Shown here: positions 1 through 12,084 of the stretch, one piece after another
Layout of the letters: each line of letters opens with the position of its first letter
How positions within the stretch are numbered: position 1 is the stretch's first letter
Source of the DNA: Octopus bimaculoides
Taxonomy: Eukaryota
NCBI RefSeq assembly: GCF_001194135.2
Contig: NC_068985.1
Location: 77,500,568-77,564,567 of the forward strand
Direction of reading: 5' to 3'
Length of the DNA: 64,000 bases
Program-made: the position numbers and the translations under genes
Notes under the pieces: generated by a model
The model's database searches: none
Told to the model about the DNA's origin: nothing
The model's input: only the letters and a program-made list of their open reading frames with translations

Positions 1-1230
1 AGATAAACATTGATATGGGTACAAGAACATGAATTAGTTGAAGTCTTAGTTATGTACAAAATACAGTGCTACTGTTAATTCAGATGTATGTGCTTGTGCT
101 GAAGTGTGTGAGCTTGCATGTGTGTGAGAGGTAGCATATATATATGTGTGTGTGTGTGTTGTTTAAATTGATGAGAGAGATCTCAGTGTAACCATTGATC
201 TGATTTAAAGCAACAGTTAATTTTTTTTTTTTGTCATGAATATGTGAATGATAATGTTTTGATTTGCCTATATTTTACTGGTTCCAGCTAAAAGGCATTT
301 ATTTGTGAGGTTGGCATAAGCTGCTTTATATTTACATCATAACTTCCTGTTACACAGCTCTTTCTTTTGTTGGTTTCAACTGTAGACCAGTTCTGCTTCA
401 CACAGGGAAAGCAGATCAATCTTCACAATAGACTCAGTTGAAAACTGAATCCATTCTACACATGACAAAAGTTGTTTAACATATAATCAAAGGTTTCTAA
501 TACAAAACCACAAATCTTTAGGAACTCCTCAGAATTGACAGAATCAACCCCTGCACTTGACTGACACTTACTTTATTAACTTCAAAAATAAGAAAGACAT
601 AATGGACTTTAGATGGATTTGAACCCAGAATATACTGAAACATATTTTATAACTTATCACCAGGCTTTTGCTAATTGATGCTTTTGCTGCTTCTTCCAAT
701 GAAAAATTTATTTTGTAGACAGCAGCTGTTTGGGTTGGGCTAATTTTTTTTTTTTTTTAGAGTTAAACATATGTTCGTGTGAGATTATCTTCCTCCTACT
801 AACTAGATAACAGAGAAAGAGACAGGGATAGAAAGATAGACAGCACAAATAAAAGTTTGTTATACTTTTACTAGTCAACATAAAAAGATATGTTTTATTA
901 CAATTAAGACCTATTTATTACCAGTTCCTCAGTTTTTCTTGGCCAATGTCAGTTATGTTTCACTAATCACTTGTTTGCTGTTGTTCCACTGTCATTTTTG
1001 TCCCTTTATTTGGTGTTACATTGTGGATTCTTCTTTTATTTCCTTGCTGCTAACATGATCGGTTCATCTTCAGTTTGTATTTTTGTTAAATACATTATGT
1101 TAAGCTCTTGGATAAAGTCTTCAAACAAAGAATTCTGAGTTAATATAAATTCAGAAATTTCTTTCTCTCTCTGCATGTATGTATAATTTGTGTGTGCGCG
1201 TGCACGTACACACACACACACACACACACA

Positions 1231-2045
1231 CAGTGTGGTGAATAAATTATCATCTAAATTACACATAAATGAGAATAACACTGATATCTGATTTGAACAG
1301 ATATATTTACCAAAATTACATTAAAATATCTTAAAATACTAAAGAAGAAATTTATTCAATAAAATCACCACTGGTTTCCAGACGACTTGGGGTCTCCTGC
1401 AACTCTTCTGGATGGCCTCCTTGTTTAAGTTGATGCATGCTGCCATAATCCTTACCTTCAGTGCATCTTTGGTGTTACAAGGTGTTTTGTTAGTCTCTTG
1501 CTCAACTGTGCCCCACACATAATAATCAAGGGGGTGGCAGTCTGGAGAGTTAGGTGACCAGATGTTAAGGGTGATGTGGTCACAGAAATTGTCTGATTGC
1601 CATGACTGGGTTCTCTTGCTTGTGTGGCATGGTGCAGAGTCCTGTAGGCAGACATAGGGTCTTCCAGCAGCCACCCTCTTGACCCAGGGCAACACTACCT
1701 CCTCCAGGCACTTGATGTAGGCTTCCATGTTGAGTCTGAGGCAGTGTGGAAAGATGAATGGAAGCATAACATCGCCATCACTAGTGATCACTTCAAACAC
1801 CATGATGTTAACTGGATGTTTCATTTTTTATCACTCTCAGTACATTTTCTTTGATTGCACTGTCCTCAGATTGACACCCAAACACTCTGAAATGCTTGTA
1901 TTGGAGCTTCTGGCATGAATGCCAAGCAGTACAGCATGTCATTTCCAAATTTCTGGCAGAGTGAATTGCAACATGGTGCTGTTTTTCTTCCAGATGGGGT
2001 CCAACTGACCCTACTATACTGTGTAGTTGACAAAATCAAAAACAA
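1231..2045 (-). mobile_element. maT (DD37D) Tc1/mariner-superfamily transposon, internally deleted copy 1
   Basis: Contains the transposase catalytic fragment at 1339-1824 and an N-terminal HTH-like remnant at ~1860-1975. A TIR-like end CAGTGTGGTGAATAAATTATCATCTAAA starts at 1231 and resembles the terminus of copy 2 (reverse complement of ~4975-5005). Confidence 0.85.
1339..1824 (-). pseudogene. DD37D transposase C-terminal catalytic fragment
   Basis: Motifs IMVFEVIT, QDSAPCH and WSPNSPDCHPLDYYVWG. I count 37 residues between the QD and LD aspartates, diagnostic of maT/DD37D. The first catalytic D region is absent. Confidence 0.9.
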
Positions 2046-2131
2046 ACAAATACATATATAAATCAAAATACAAGCAAAAACAAATAAATACATATATATG
2101 TATATACATATATATATGTATATGTATATAC

Positions 2132-2497
2132 GTGGAGGCGCAATGGCCCAGTGGTTAGGGCAGTGGACTCGCGGTCATAGGATCGCGGTTTTGATTCCCA
2201 GACCGGGTGTTGTGAGTGTTTATTGAGCGAAAACACTTAAAGCTCCACGAGGCTCCAGCAGGGGTTGGTGGCGAACCCTGCTGTACTCTTCCACCACAAC
2301 TCTTACTTCCTGTTTTTGTTGTGCCTGTAATTCAAAGGGCCAGCCTTGTCACGCTGAATATCCCCAAGAACTATGTTAAAGGTACATGTGCCTGTGGAGT
2401 GCTCAGCCACTTGCACGTTAATTTCACGAGCAGGCTGTTCCGTTGATCGGATCAACTGGAACCCTTGACGTCGTAAGCGACTGAGTGCCAACAACAA
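2132..2497 (+). mobile_element. Full-length tRNA-derived SINE
   Basis: Pol III A box TGGCCCAGTGG (2144-2154), B-box-like GGTTTTGATTCCC (2187-2199), (CAA)n tail, inserted in a TA microsatellite. Its body resembles the copies at ~19660-19820 and ~35230-35350. Confidence 0.85.
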
Positions 2498-2499
2498 TA

Positions 2500-2662
2500 T
2501 ATATATACATATATATGTATAAGTATATACATATATATATGTATACATATATATATATATATGTATACATGTATACATATATGTATACATGTATACATAT
2601 ATATGTATACATATATATATGTATACAGGTATACATATATATATGTATACATATATATGTAT
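2500..2662. repeat. (TA)n/(TATGTATACA) compound microsatellite
   Basis: Directly visible low-complexity tract. Confidence 0.95.
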
Positions 2663-3632
2663 AGGGTAATATTCTTTATGTTGTATCTCTCGTTTCTCTG
2701 TTTTTTTCGTTGTTCGAAAAATAAGTTCGTTTTCTGTCTTCGTCTTTATGTTTTCGTTTCTCATTGTGTTTAACGTTTTTGTGATGTCCTGTGCCCATAT
2801 ACGCTTGTATGTATACATATAGATGTCGGTATGTACATATATGTATGGATATATGCATATAATTATGTATTATGTTAGTGTGTGATCGAACGCGCACCCT
2901 TTTCCAAGTAAGTTTTATCTTAATATTTTTTACTGCGCACTCTACTACTATTGCTTCCCTGTCTATATCCCCTCCCTCTCTTGTTCTTCAGCCTTTCTGT
3001 TTTTCTCTCCCAACCCTCCCCGATTCTTCTCTTCCTTTCACCGTTCCCTCTCTCACCCCCCTTGCCCCTCTCGTCGCTGACACGTGACGAAAGGGATTCT
3101 TTCTTTCTATTTCCTGCCTTCCTATAGAGAAGACGCAATTTTTTTTACTCTCTAACTAGCGTTCAAATTAATTTTTCTATTGTCTTGGCCTAACAGCCCT
3201 TACCGTTTGTTCTCACTGTCCAGTCTTGTTCTCACTGTCCAGTCTTGTTCTCACTGTCCAGTTCTTGTTCTCACTGTCCAGTTCTTGTTTACACTTTCAC
3301 CCTCCGCAAAAATTTCCAAATTTTAATTAATTTGCTTGCGAGAAGGACTGCTCCAACGAAGTCGCTTATTGTCCTTGCCTTCGAAACGCGGAGTAGATGG
3401 AGCAGGAACAACTGAAGAAGGGTAATATTCTTTATGTTGCAAGTTTTGTTTCTCTGTTTGTTTTTTTCTTTGTTCGAAAAAAAAGTTCGTTTTCTGCCTT
3501 CGTCTTTGTTTTCGTTTCTCATTGTGTTTAACATTTTTTGTGATGTCCTGTGCCCATATATGCTTGTATGTATACATATAGATGTCGGTAGGGACATATA
3601 TGTATGGATATATGCATATAATTATATATTAT
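2663..3632 (+). mobile_element. Element bounded by ~210-bp direct repeats (2663-~2872 and 3419-~3632), possibly Penelope-like or TRIM-like
   Basis: Both repeats start AGGGTAATATTCTTTATGTTG and share TGTGATGTCCTGTGCCCATATA..GCTTGTATGTATACATATAGATGTCGGTA. The interior holds a pyrimidine-rich tract and a short tandem repeat. Confidence 0.55.
3207..3284 (+). repeat. Minisatellite, 4 x 19-20 bp TTGTTCTCACTGTCCAGT(T)C
   Basis: Four consecutive units read directly. Confidence 0.95.
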
Positions 3633-3639
3633 TTATGTA

Positions 3640-3675
3640 TACATATATATATATGTATAAATACATATATATGTA

Positions 3676-3769
<94 letters not shown>
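3640..3769. repeat. (TA)n microsatellite
   Basis: Long near-perfect TA run. Confidence 0.97.
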
Positions 3770-3770
<1 letters not shown>

Positions 3771-4679
3771 TTAACTGGATGACTGCTCATGAATGACTCA
3801 GTTAAGTAGAACATCTACTGAATGCGGGATCTAGGCTTGTTCTGTGGACGAGACAGAAAGGGATACATAATTACTCACATCAAACAAGATTCAGTTCTAA
3901 TTATTTTTGACACTTTGGGTGATGGCTGCCCTTTCTAGTTGGTGCTAAAAAATTGAGGTGTTTGCTTTCGACAATATTGCCCTTTAGTGATGGATGAACT
4001 CTCCAAGTGCATACTTCTTGTTTTACTTTTGTGGCAATGATGGCCTTTAAACAATGGATGGAAAATTTAGAGTTTCCTCGTTTTTAATGCCAATGGCGTC
4101 CTTTCAGTTGTTGCTCTAAAATTGGGCTACTCAGATTCGTCAGTGGTGGCCTTTCAAATGCTGTCAAATATGTTCAGGTGTTTGCAATTTGGGATTTTAC
4201 AGCTTTGGCAGTTATTGTGAATAAATTTTCAAAAGGTTCCTATAATTCCTGGATGAGATTTAAAACATTTAAGCCTATATTATCTCCATGACAATGTCTC
4301 TCTCTCTCACACACATACACAGACACACACACACTTATATACATTTGTGTGTGTGTGTAATATGTAATATCTTCACTATGTGCACACTTTCAACAGTGAG
4401 GATTCACTTGTTCAGTGAACTGAACTATCTACTTCTGAATTAACATAAGTGTCTGAGTAAGACACATATACCTCTTAATGCGATTCTCAGGCAGAATCAG
4501 TGTGATAGAATCTATGATAAGGCTGCACCTCAGGATTACAGATATAATCCATCTCATTAGCTTATATTACAGTTTCTACCTACCCAATATCACTCATTAA
4601 GTATGGGTCATCCTGAGGTTATAGGAAATACATTTGCCTAAGATGCTATGCAGTGGGATCAAACCTGGGACTGTGTTGA

Positions 4680-5007
4680 ATCACTAGTGATCATTCCAAA
4701 CACCATGATGTTATGTTGACTGGATGTTTCATTTTTATCACTCTTGGTACATGTTCTCAGATTGCACTGTCCTCAGATTGATGCCCAAACACTCTGAAAT
4801 GTTTGTATTGGAGCTTCTGGTGTGAATGCCAAGCAGTACAGCATGTTGTTTCCAAATTTCTGGCAGAGTGAATTGTGTCATGGTGCTGTCTTTCTCACAG
4901 ATGGTACCCAACTGACCCAACCATGCTGTGTAATCACCAAAATCAAAAACAATGTGTATGTGCAAAATTTGAAATATAGAATGACAATTTACCCATCATG
5001 CCCTGTA
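4680..5007 (-). mobile_element. maT transposon 5' part, copy 2, with terminal repeat and TA target
   Basis: Aligns to 1780-2045. Translates MTQFTLPEIWKQHAVLLGIHTRSSNTNISECLGINLRTVQ. Ends ...ACCCATCATGCCCTG|TA at 5005-5007 (TIR plus TA). Confidence 0.85.
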
Positions 5008-5356
5008 TCTAGTCAGCAGTTGTTTAAATCCTGCTGCAGTAACCTGATGTCCTTGGATCAGTAACAAGTAAAGTACTGAGGTTGGTTCAATTAACTGTGG
5101 GCCAAGTGTATAGTTTTGTATTCCTAATATGAAAATTAATTTTTGATTTTCTTCTTATATCAGTCAGTTGTAGAAACTCTGGAAGTGTAGATTGGACCAG
5201 CTGTGAGGCAGGTTTTGAATGGTGACTCCGAAGGATTCATCATAGTCAGTTGTAAGTATGGAGGCTGTTAAATGTGAGGGTTTCAGAAATTTTATGCTTG
5301 TGTCATCAGGTAAGGGATCCTTAATCTGGGAAGAAGTGTTTTTATATGACATAGAT

Positions 5357-5409
5357 GTGTGCGCGCGGGCACACACGCGCGCACACGCACGCACACACAC
5401 ACACGCACG

Positions 5410-5502
<93 letters not shown>

Positions 5503-5503
5503 A

Positions 5504-5527
<24 letters not shown>
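5357..5527. repeat. (CA)n followed by (CT)n compound microsatellite
   Basis: Directly visible. Confidence 0.97.
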
Positions 5528-5548
<21 letters not shown>

Positions 5549-5703
5549 CTTTCAGCTTCTGTCTATTAAAATCCACTCACAAAGTTTTAGTCAACTCAAA
5601 GCTTGTAGAAGATACCTATTCCAAGTGTCATACTGTGCTGTAGGACTGAACCTGAAACTATGTGGTTAAGAATCGAATCACTCAACCACAGTCATGTCTG
5701 CAC
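5528..5703 (-). mobile_element. SINE family A, tRNA-like head and core only
   Basis: Similar to the head/core of the copies at 13272-13695 and 59155-59570 (CTTTCAG.TTC.GTCTA..AAATCCACTCAC...GACTGAACCTGAAAC.ATGTGG). Confidence 0.75.
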
Positions 5704-6724
5704 TATATGCACACATTCACATTTAGGTAGCTATTCATTTACACCACATGTCTAATGTTGAAACCAGTTAATGCTTTGTCTGAAAAGTGAAATTGTATTG
5801 TAATCTCTCTCCAATGACAACTGGTAACTATTATATGTATCATCTCTTAAACATGAATCTTTCTTTTTTCTCTTCTTTCTTCCCATCTTATACTTTTTTA
5901 TTTGCCTTCTGTTTTTTTCCCTTTATTCCTGTTATTCTCTCTGGTCATCTCCCCATCTGTTCTTTTTTTTTTTTTTTTTTTGCAATGTTGCTTCCATCTT
6001 TTTCTTTTTTAGTAGAAAAAACAGTAACACAATTTTTTAAAATATCTCTGAAAAGCTTTTAAAATATTCTTAATAAATTACACATACATAGACACACACA
6101 CACACACACACACACATACACTCATCATTTTTTTTCTTTTAACATACACTTTTCTATGCTTGCACACATGCATGCAAGTATGATTCCAAGATCCAAGTGT
6201 AGTTAGTTAGTAAGCTTTGGACATGTATTCTGTTAGTATAAATGACAAAAGGTAGACTATATATGATAAAATAAGTTTTTTTTAATATCGTAAGTTCATC
6301 CCGTATTGAAATCACAAGAAACTTCAATAAGCTGACAGTCACCATTCAACTCATTGTTCAGCAACTAAAGTTGCTGAAAATGCGAATAAAAATCCAAGAA
6401 AGTAAGGAATTGAACAGATAAAATATGGACTACAATTATTTCAAAGCTAAGACAATGATTGTTACATAAGTTGTATCATACATAGAACTAGCTTAGCTAA
6501 TCTTCAGGTGCTACTACCTGTATGTTGTTTACATTGTTGCATGAAGTTGAACAAATGAATCATCAAAATAGCCACAGCATAAGTGGCAAGTTGAAAAAAG
6601 AAACAAAAAAAAAACAAACAAACAAATGACCAATGAAAGCATTAGAAGGAAGTTTACCATAAAACGAAATAAGGGGGGGGTGTCATAAATGTGTATTTAT
6701 ATGTATACATATATATATATATAT

Positions 6725-7410
6725 CATCATCATCATCATCATCGTTTAACGTCCGCTTTCCATGCTAGCATGGGTTGGACGATTTGACTGAGGACTGGTG
6801 AAACCGGATGGCAACACCAGGCTCCAATCTAATTTGGCAGAGTTTCTACAGCTGGATGCCCTTCCTAACGCCAACCACTCAGAGAGTGTAGTGGGTGCTT
6901 TTACGTGTCACCCGCACGAAAACGGCCACGCTCGAAATGGTGTCTTTTATGTGCCNNNNNNNNNNNNNNNNNNNNNNNNNNNNNNNNNNNNNNNNNNNNN
7001 NNNNGTGCATCTCATATGCCACCCGCACAAGAACCAGTCCAGGGGCACTGGCAACGATCTTACTTGGCTTGCCGGGTCTTCTCACGCACAGCACATTTCC
7101 AAAGGTCTCGGTCAGTAGTCATCGCCTCGGTGAGGCCCAATGTACGAAGGTCTTGCCTCACCACCTCAGCCCAGGTCTTCCTGGGCCTACCTCTTCCATG
7201 GGTTCCCTCAACTGTTAGGGTGTGGCACTTTTTCACGCAGCTATCCTCATCCATTCTCACCACATGTCCATACCAGCGCAATCGTCTCTCTTGCACACCA
7301 CAACTGATGCTTCTAATGTTCAGCTTTTCTCTCAAGATATTTACACTCCGACGGGTATTCACATTGACATTGACATTACACATCCACTCTGGCGGGTATT
7401 CACATTGACA
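6725..7410 (-). mobile_element. RTE-clade LINE, 5'-truncated 3' fragment with (GAT)n tail
   Basis: ORF 7060-7383 carries the RTE C-terminal signature ERRLRWYGHVVRMDEDSCVKK..GRGRPRKTWAEVVRQDL..DRDLWK, followed by a 3' UTR ending in (CAT)n on the + strand at 6725-6742. Gap at 6956-7004. Confidence 0.9.
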
Positions 7411-7619
7411 TATATGTGTGTGTGTGTGTGTGTAATGTTTTGAACTAATGGGTATGTGTTGATTAGTGTGTTAATGTGTTGAGTAAAACACTGGCACAGT
7501 TTGGGCTGGCTACCTGGTGTCATCCACAGTTGGGGTCAAAACGATCATTGTATAAAATAAAGGCTAATACCAAATTCATCTTCTGGTTACTTAATCAATT
7601 ATATATACATTATATCGAT

Positions 7620-7660
<41 letters not shown>

Positions 7661-8744
7661 CTCCAAATTTAGAGAATGGAGTAGATAAAATCCAGGCTAC
7701 ATGCATTTCCTAACTCTAGCAGAACCTTGAAATTTCTACATCAATAAACCACTATTGTTCCTGAAAGTTGTTTTTATACCTTCTACAGACTGCTCGAAGT
7801 TTACTAACTTCCTACACCTTGATCCTTGGATCTTACCTTTACATATGTATGTAAACAAATAGATAACAAATGATGGGTACACATCGTGACATGTATCCAT
7901 CATTTATTTGTTTGTTCATAATACACCCCAGTGGAATCCCAACCCATCAGATATTCTGGAGTGTACCAAATACCATTGCAACCAATAAAACATACACTTT
8001 TGGCTATTAAAATATTCATAAGGGTTAAATTCTCTGTATACATAACATGAATATTTCACTGGATGTACTTCAGTACTCATGCTGTTTTTGATAAAGTTGC
8101 TGTTTGCAAGGTAATTCAACCCAATCAAGTGCCTCTCATTTAAGTACCTGGTTCTTTTAAATCCTTAATATTGTGTGTGTGTGTATACATACGTATATAT
8201 TCCACATATATGCACAAACATAAATTCATATAAATACAAAATTAGAGCTCAGCAAAAATGCAACACCTAATGACCTTATGAGAGGAAAACAAATAAACTA
8301 AAGTAATATTCCAGTTCTATACTAAAATAGCACTACATTAATTTCTTGATTAATGAAATTTGTTTTAGTGGTCTCTCCAATTTGTTGTGTTGTTACTCAG
8401 ACTGCTAACTCTTTAAACCCTCTCTCTATATATACCACAGCTATGCCCTTTTGCTAACATTTGGATTACATTTCTTATAAACCATCTAGAGTGGAGTCTG
8501 TTTAGTTATTTTATTGATGATGGTTGTGGTTTTTAGTTGTGACACTATTAATGGAGCCATTGTAATTGTGTGTATGGGATGAGTGGATAATTGCACTAAC
8601 AAGTCACCATGTTAATAACGGTAGATTATTATTTGTTGTGTGTATGTGTGCCTAAATTGTGCATATCTATTTAGATTTATATATGCATATCCAAATATGT
8701 GCCTGTATATGTATATAATATGTGTGTAATAATAATGGTACAAT

Positions 8745-9078
8745 GAAGTCACATGGCTCAGTGTTTAGTGTCAGGCTCACAACTATGAGGTAGTGTGTTT
8801 GATTCCCGGACTGGGCCATGTGTTGTGTTCTTGGGCAAGACACTTATTTCACATTGCTCCAGTTCACTCAGCTGTAGAAGTTAGTTGCGACATCACTGGT
8901 GCCAAGCTGTATAGGCCTTTTCTTTCTCTTAGAGGACATTGTTGGCATGGAGAGGGGAAGCTGATACGCATGGGTAACTGTTGGTCTTCCATAAACAGCC
9001 TTGCCTAGACTTGTGCCTTGGAGGGTAGCTTTCTAGGTGCAATCTCATGGTTATTCATAACCAAAAGAGGTCTTTATG
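8745..9078 (+). mobile_element. tRNA-derived SINE, family distinct from A and B
   Basis: A-box-like TGGCTCAGTG and B-box-like GTTTGATTCCC, followed by the core GTGTTCTTGGGCAAGACACTTATTTCACATTGCTCCAGTTCACTCAGCTG. Related degraded copy at ~24430-24600. Confidence 0.75.
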
Positions 9079-9174
9079 TGTGTAATAAGTAAACACACAC
9101 ACACTTGCTAGCTCCTGTCAAACCTTCCAGCCTAAGCCAGCATGAAAGACGAACAATAAATGGTGATGACGACA

Positions 9175-9400
9175 CCATAGTCATCATCATAGTTTTAATG
9201 TTCACTTTTCCAGCCCTTCATGAGTCAGATGGAGTTTATTGAGGCAGATTTTCTGCAGCCAGCTATCCTTCTTGCCACCAACTCACACGTTTCCAAGCAA
9301 GGTACTATTTCCTGGTGGTCAGACATGTTCTCACAGAACACTGGAAATGAACAACACTGCTTCTATGACAGATACTTAGTCATTAGGACTATAGTTTTAG
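9175..9400 (-). mobile_element. SINE family A 3' part with RTE-like tail
   Basis: CATCATCAT..TTTAATGTTCACTTTTCC..GAGGCAGATTTTCT..CCTTCTTGCCACCAAC, homologous to 41708-42104 and 49230-49530. Confidence 0.65.
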
Positions 9401-11237
9401 TTTAAGCAGCAAGTTAACTCTTTACCTGTCTTTTGTATCACCTGTGATACAGAAGTCCTATTTCTTTGGTGTCTGTACATCATATATGACATACATTCCA
9501 TTTTTTTTTTTTTTTTTTTCAATCACCAGAGTAACTTGGGACTTACAAAAGGAAAGCTTTATATTACTCAGAACATGTGAAACTAGGGCTAACTAAAAGT
9601 CTGTAAACAAATTTGGAAAAACTTATGAAAATGTTTTGGATGGTCAAAGGGTTAAAAAAACTTTTCCTCCACCACCACTATTTCTGTGGCTTTTGCTTAG
9701 AAGAACTGGTTGTTCTCATACTATCTCCATGGAAACACTCACTTGTGTCTCTCTTCTTGTCATTCATACTGTGTTCTGTCATGCCTTCCAGAAAAAAAAA
9801 AAAAAAAAAATCAATTTATGTTTCCTATGAAATCTTATCAATTACTGCTAGTGTGTATTTCAAAACATTCCAATAGCTGAAAATTAAACAATGTAGTGGG
9901 TGCCTTACTAAAATTCAACTATTTCCTATCACATGAATGTTACTTCCTGTCAATTGTCTGAATGTGAGGAAAGTGTCAGTAATATCATATATTAGTAATT
10001 TAATACTGTCTGAGACTAATAAGTTGGAAAAAAAAAAAAAAAGAGAGTGGGTTGCTTTACAGTTCTTCTTGTACTGTCTCCCCCTCCCCCTAAAAGCCCC
10101 AGGGATTCTGTTAAGAGAAAGGTTGCTTACAGCTGTGTTTTATACTGTTAAGTGGATGTGAACCTGTGTCTCCTAGACATAACATTTATTCCTGAGTTGA
10201 GAAGGCTGAGTGAGGCATGTGGAATTTCGGTGTTCTACTTTATAGACAGACATACCAGAAACATCTGCCTTGAGTTTGAACTCATGACCTATGTGCTGGC
10301 AGTCCAGTAATTTATATTCTCTCATCCATTTTCTTCCCTGCTTCCACTTTTTGCAGCATGATTTCAGCACAAATTCTTGCATTTCAAATGCTGCACAAGT
10401 TCTGTAGATTTTTGCTCTTTTCGAGTGTTGGACTCTCTTTTAAAAGATAAGAATGCATCAACTGACTGACAAGTTGTGTTTATCACAAATTTTACTCCTA
10501 GAAAAACAAATTTACTGTTGATTTAAGTTGTGTTGTCGTCTTCTTCTTCTGCCTTATTCTCTACCACTATCACCACCATCAACTTCACCACTACCATCAC
10601 TTTATATGATTTATGCCATTTTTTAACAGTCAGTTTGAAGTTTTAAACTTGTAACTTTCCATAGAATTGGTTTAGCTCTGACTGACAAAAGAGTAAACAA
10701 AACAAAATAAAAATGAAAAATAAATAACATTAAAAACCAAAAATAAGTAAATAAAATAATTTTCATCTGAGAAATGTTAAGTATACAACCACCACTACCA
10801 CTACATTACAACTATGACATCAACCACTACCACAACAATGACTACTGCTACCACTTTTACCATCCTCTCCCAAAAAGCACCAAGGCTACTTACAATAACT
10901 ACAAGCCATATCCACAAGTTGGAACTAATCCAAGTTGCTTTTGATAAATTAATGTCACTTAGGTGGAATGAAAACCATTTGAGGATTTAATTTTTATATA
11001 TTTTTGTTTATATATTCTTATTTTTAAGATACTTCATTCAGTATATTGTTGTTGTTGCTATTAATATTTTTTTTATTAATTGTTGTTGTTAGTGTATTTT
11101 TTTAATTTTATTGCATTTTCTTAGTATTTGCTTGTTGATTTGTACTTAAGAGAATTTTGAGCTTTTTTTTTTTTTTTTGTTTTTTAAATAAATTTTTCTA
11201 GAGTCAGCCATCATATTTAGTTAGCAACAGCAGCATT

Positions 11238-11306
11238 AATAACAATAACAATAACAGTGGTAATAATAATAATAACAATGGTAATAATAATAATAATAAT
11301 AACAAT
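11238..11306. repeat. (AAT/AAC)n trinucleotide repeat running into a gap
   Basis: Directly visible; gap at 11307-11586. Confidence 0.95.
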
Positions 11307-11586
11307 NNNNNNNNNNNNNNNNNNNNNNNNNNNNNNNNNNNNNNNNNNNNNNNNNNNNNNNNNNNNNNNNNNNNNNNNNNNNNNNNNNNNNNNNNNNNNN
11401 NNNNNNNNNNNNNNNNNNNNNNNNNNNNNNNNNNNNNNNNNNNNNNNNNNNNNNNNNNNNNNNNNNNNNNNNNNNNNNNNNNNNNNNNNNNNNNNNNNNN
11501 NNNNNNNNNNNNNNNNNNNNNNNNNNNNNNNNNNNNNNNNNNNNNNNNNNNNNNNNNNNNNNNNNNNNNNNNNNNNNNNNNNNNNN

Positions 11587-11661
11587 TCTTCAGCAAATGT
11601 CTTCTGCTATAGCTGCAGGCTGATCAAAGCCTTGTGTATAGATTTAGTATACAGAAATAGG

Positions 11662-11708
<47 letters not shown>

Positions 11709-11890
11709 ATCCTTCATTGGCATCATGGGATAGTTGTGATTCTGTGAGGACATGTCTTGCATGGAGAAATATTGCTTCACTTGGAAACAGGTGAGGGTTG
11801 GCAACAGGAAAGGCCATCTGGCCATGGGAAATTTGCATCAATAAACTCTGTCCAACTTAGGCTAGCATGGAAAAATGGACATTCAAATGA
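11587..11890 (+). mobile_element. SINE family A with RTE-like tail (head cut by gap)
   Basis: Core GCAAATGTCTTCTGCTATAGC..CAAAGCCTTGTG, internal (TG)n, then TTGGAAACAGGTGAGGGTTGGCAACAGGAAAGG..GCATGGAAAAATGGACATTCAAATGA. Confidence 0.75.
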
Positions 11891-12032
11891 GTGTGTGTGT
11901 GTGTGTGTGTGTATTTTCCATCAAAATTTTTTTTAAGGTATTTTAATATTTTATCCTGTGGAGCTACTTGAGGGGATGTATGAATGTAAAGATCTTTAAT
12001 GGCAAACTGTAGCTATGATATANNNNNNNNNN

Positions 12033-12084
<52 letters not shown>

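Noticed and set aside
2132-2205. tRNA gene at the SINE heads
   Set aside because: A and B boxes are present, but the sequence continues into a SINE body and the cloverleaf is degenerate.
3207-3284. Short tandem units as a possible CRISPR-like array
   Set aside because: The repeats are contiguous with no unique spacers, and the context is eukaryotic.
2303-3814. ORFs rich in [12 protein letters not shown] (also at 5164-5669, 14807-15382, 50320-50744 and 61929-62179)
   Set aside because: They are translations of TA, CA and CT microsatellites, which lack stop codons in some frames.
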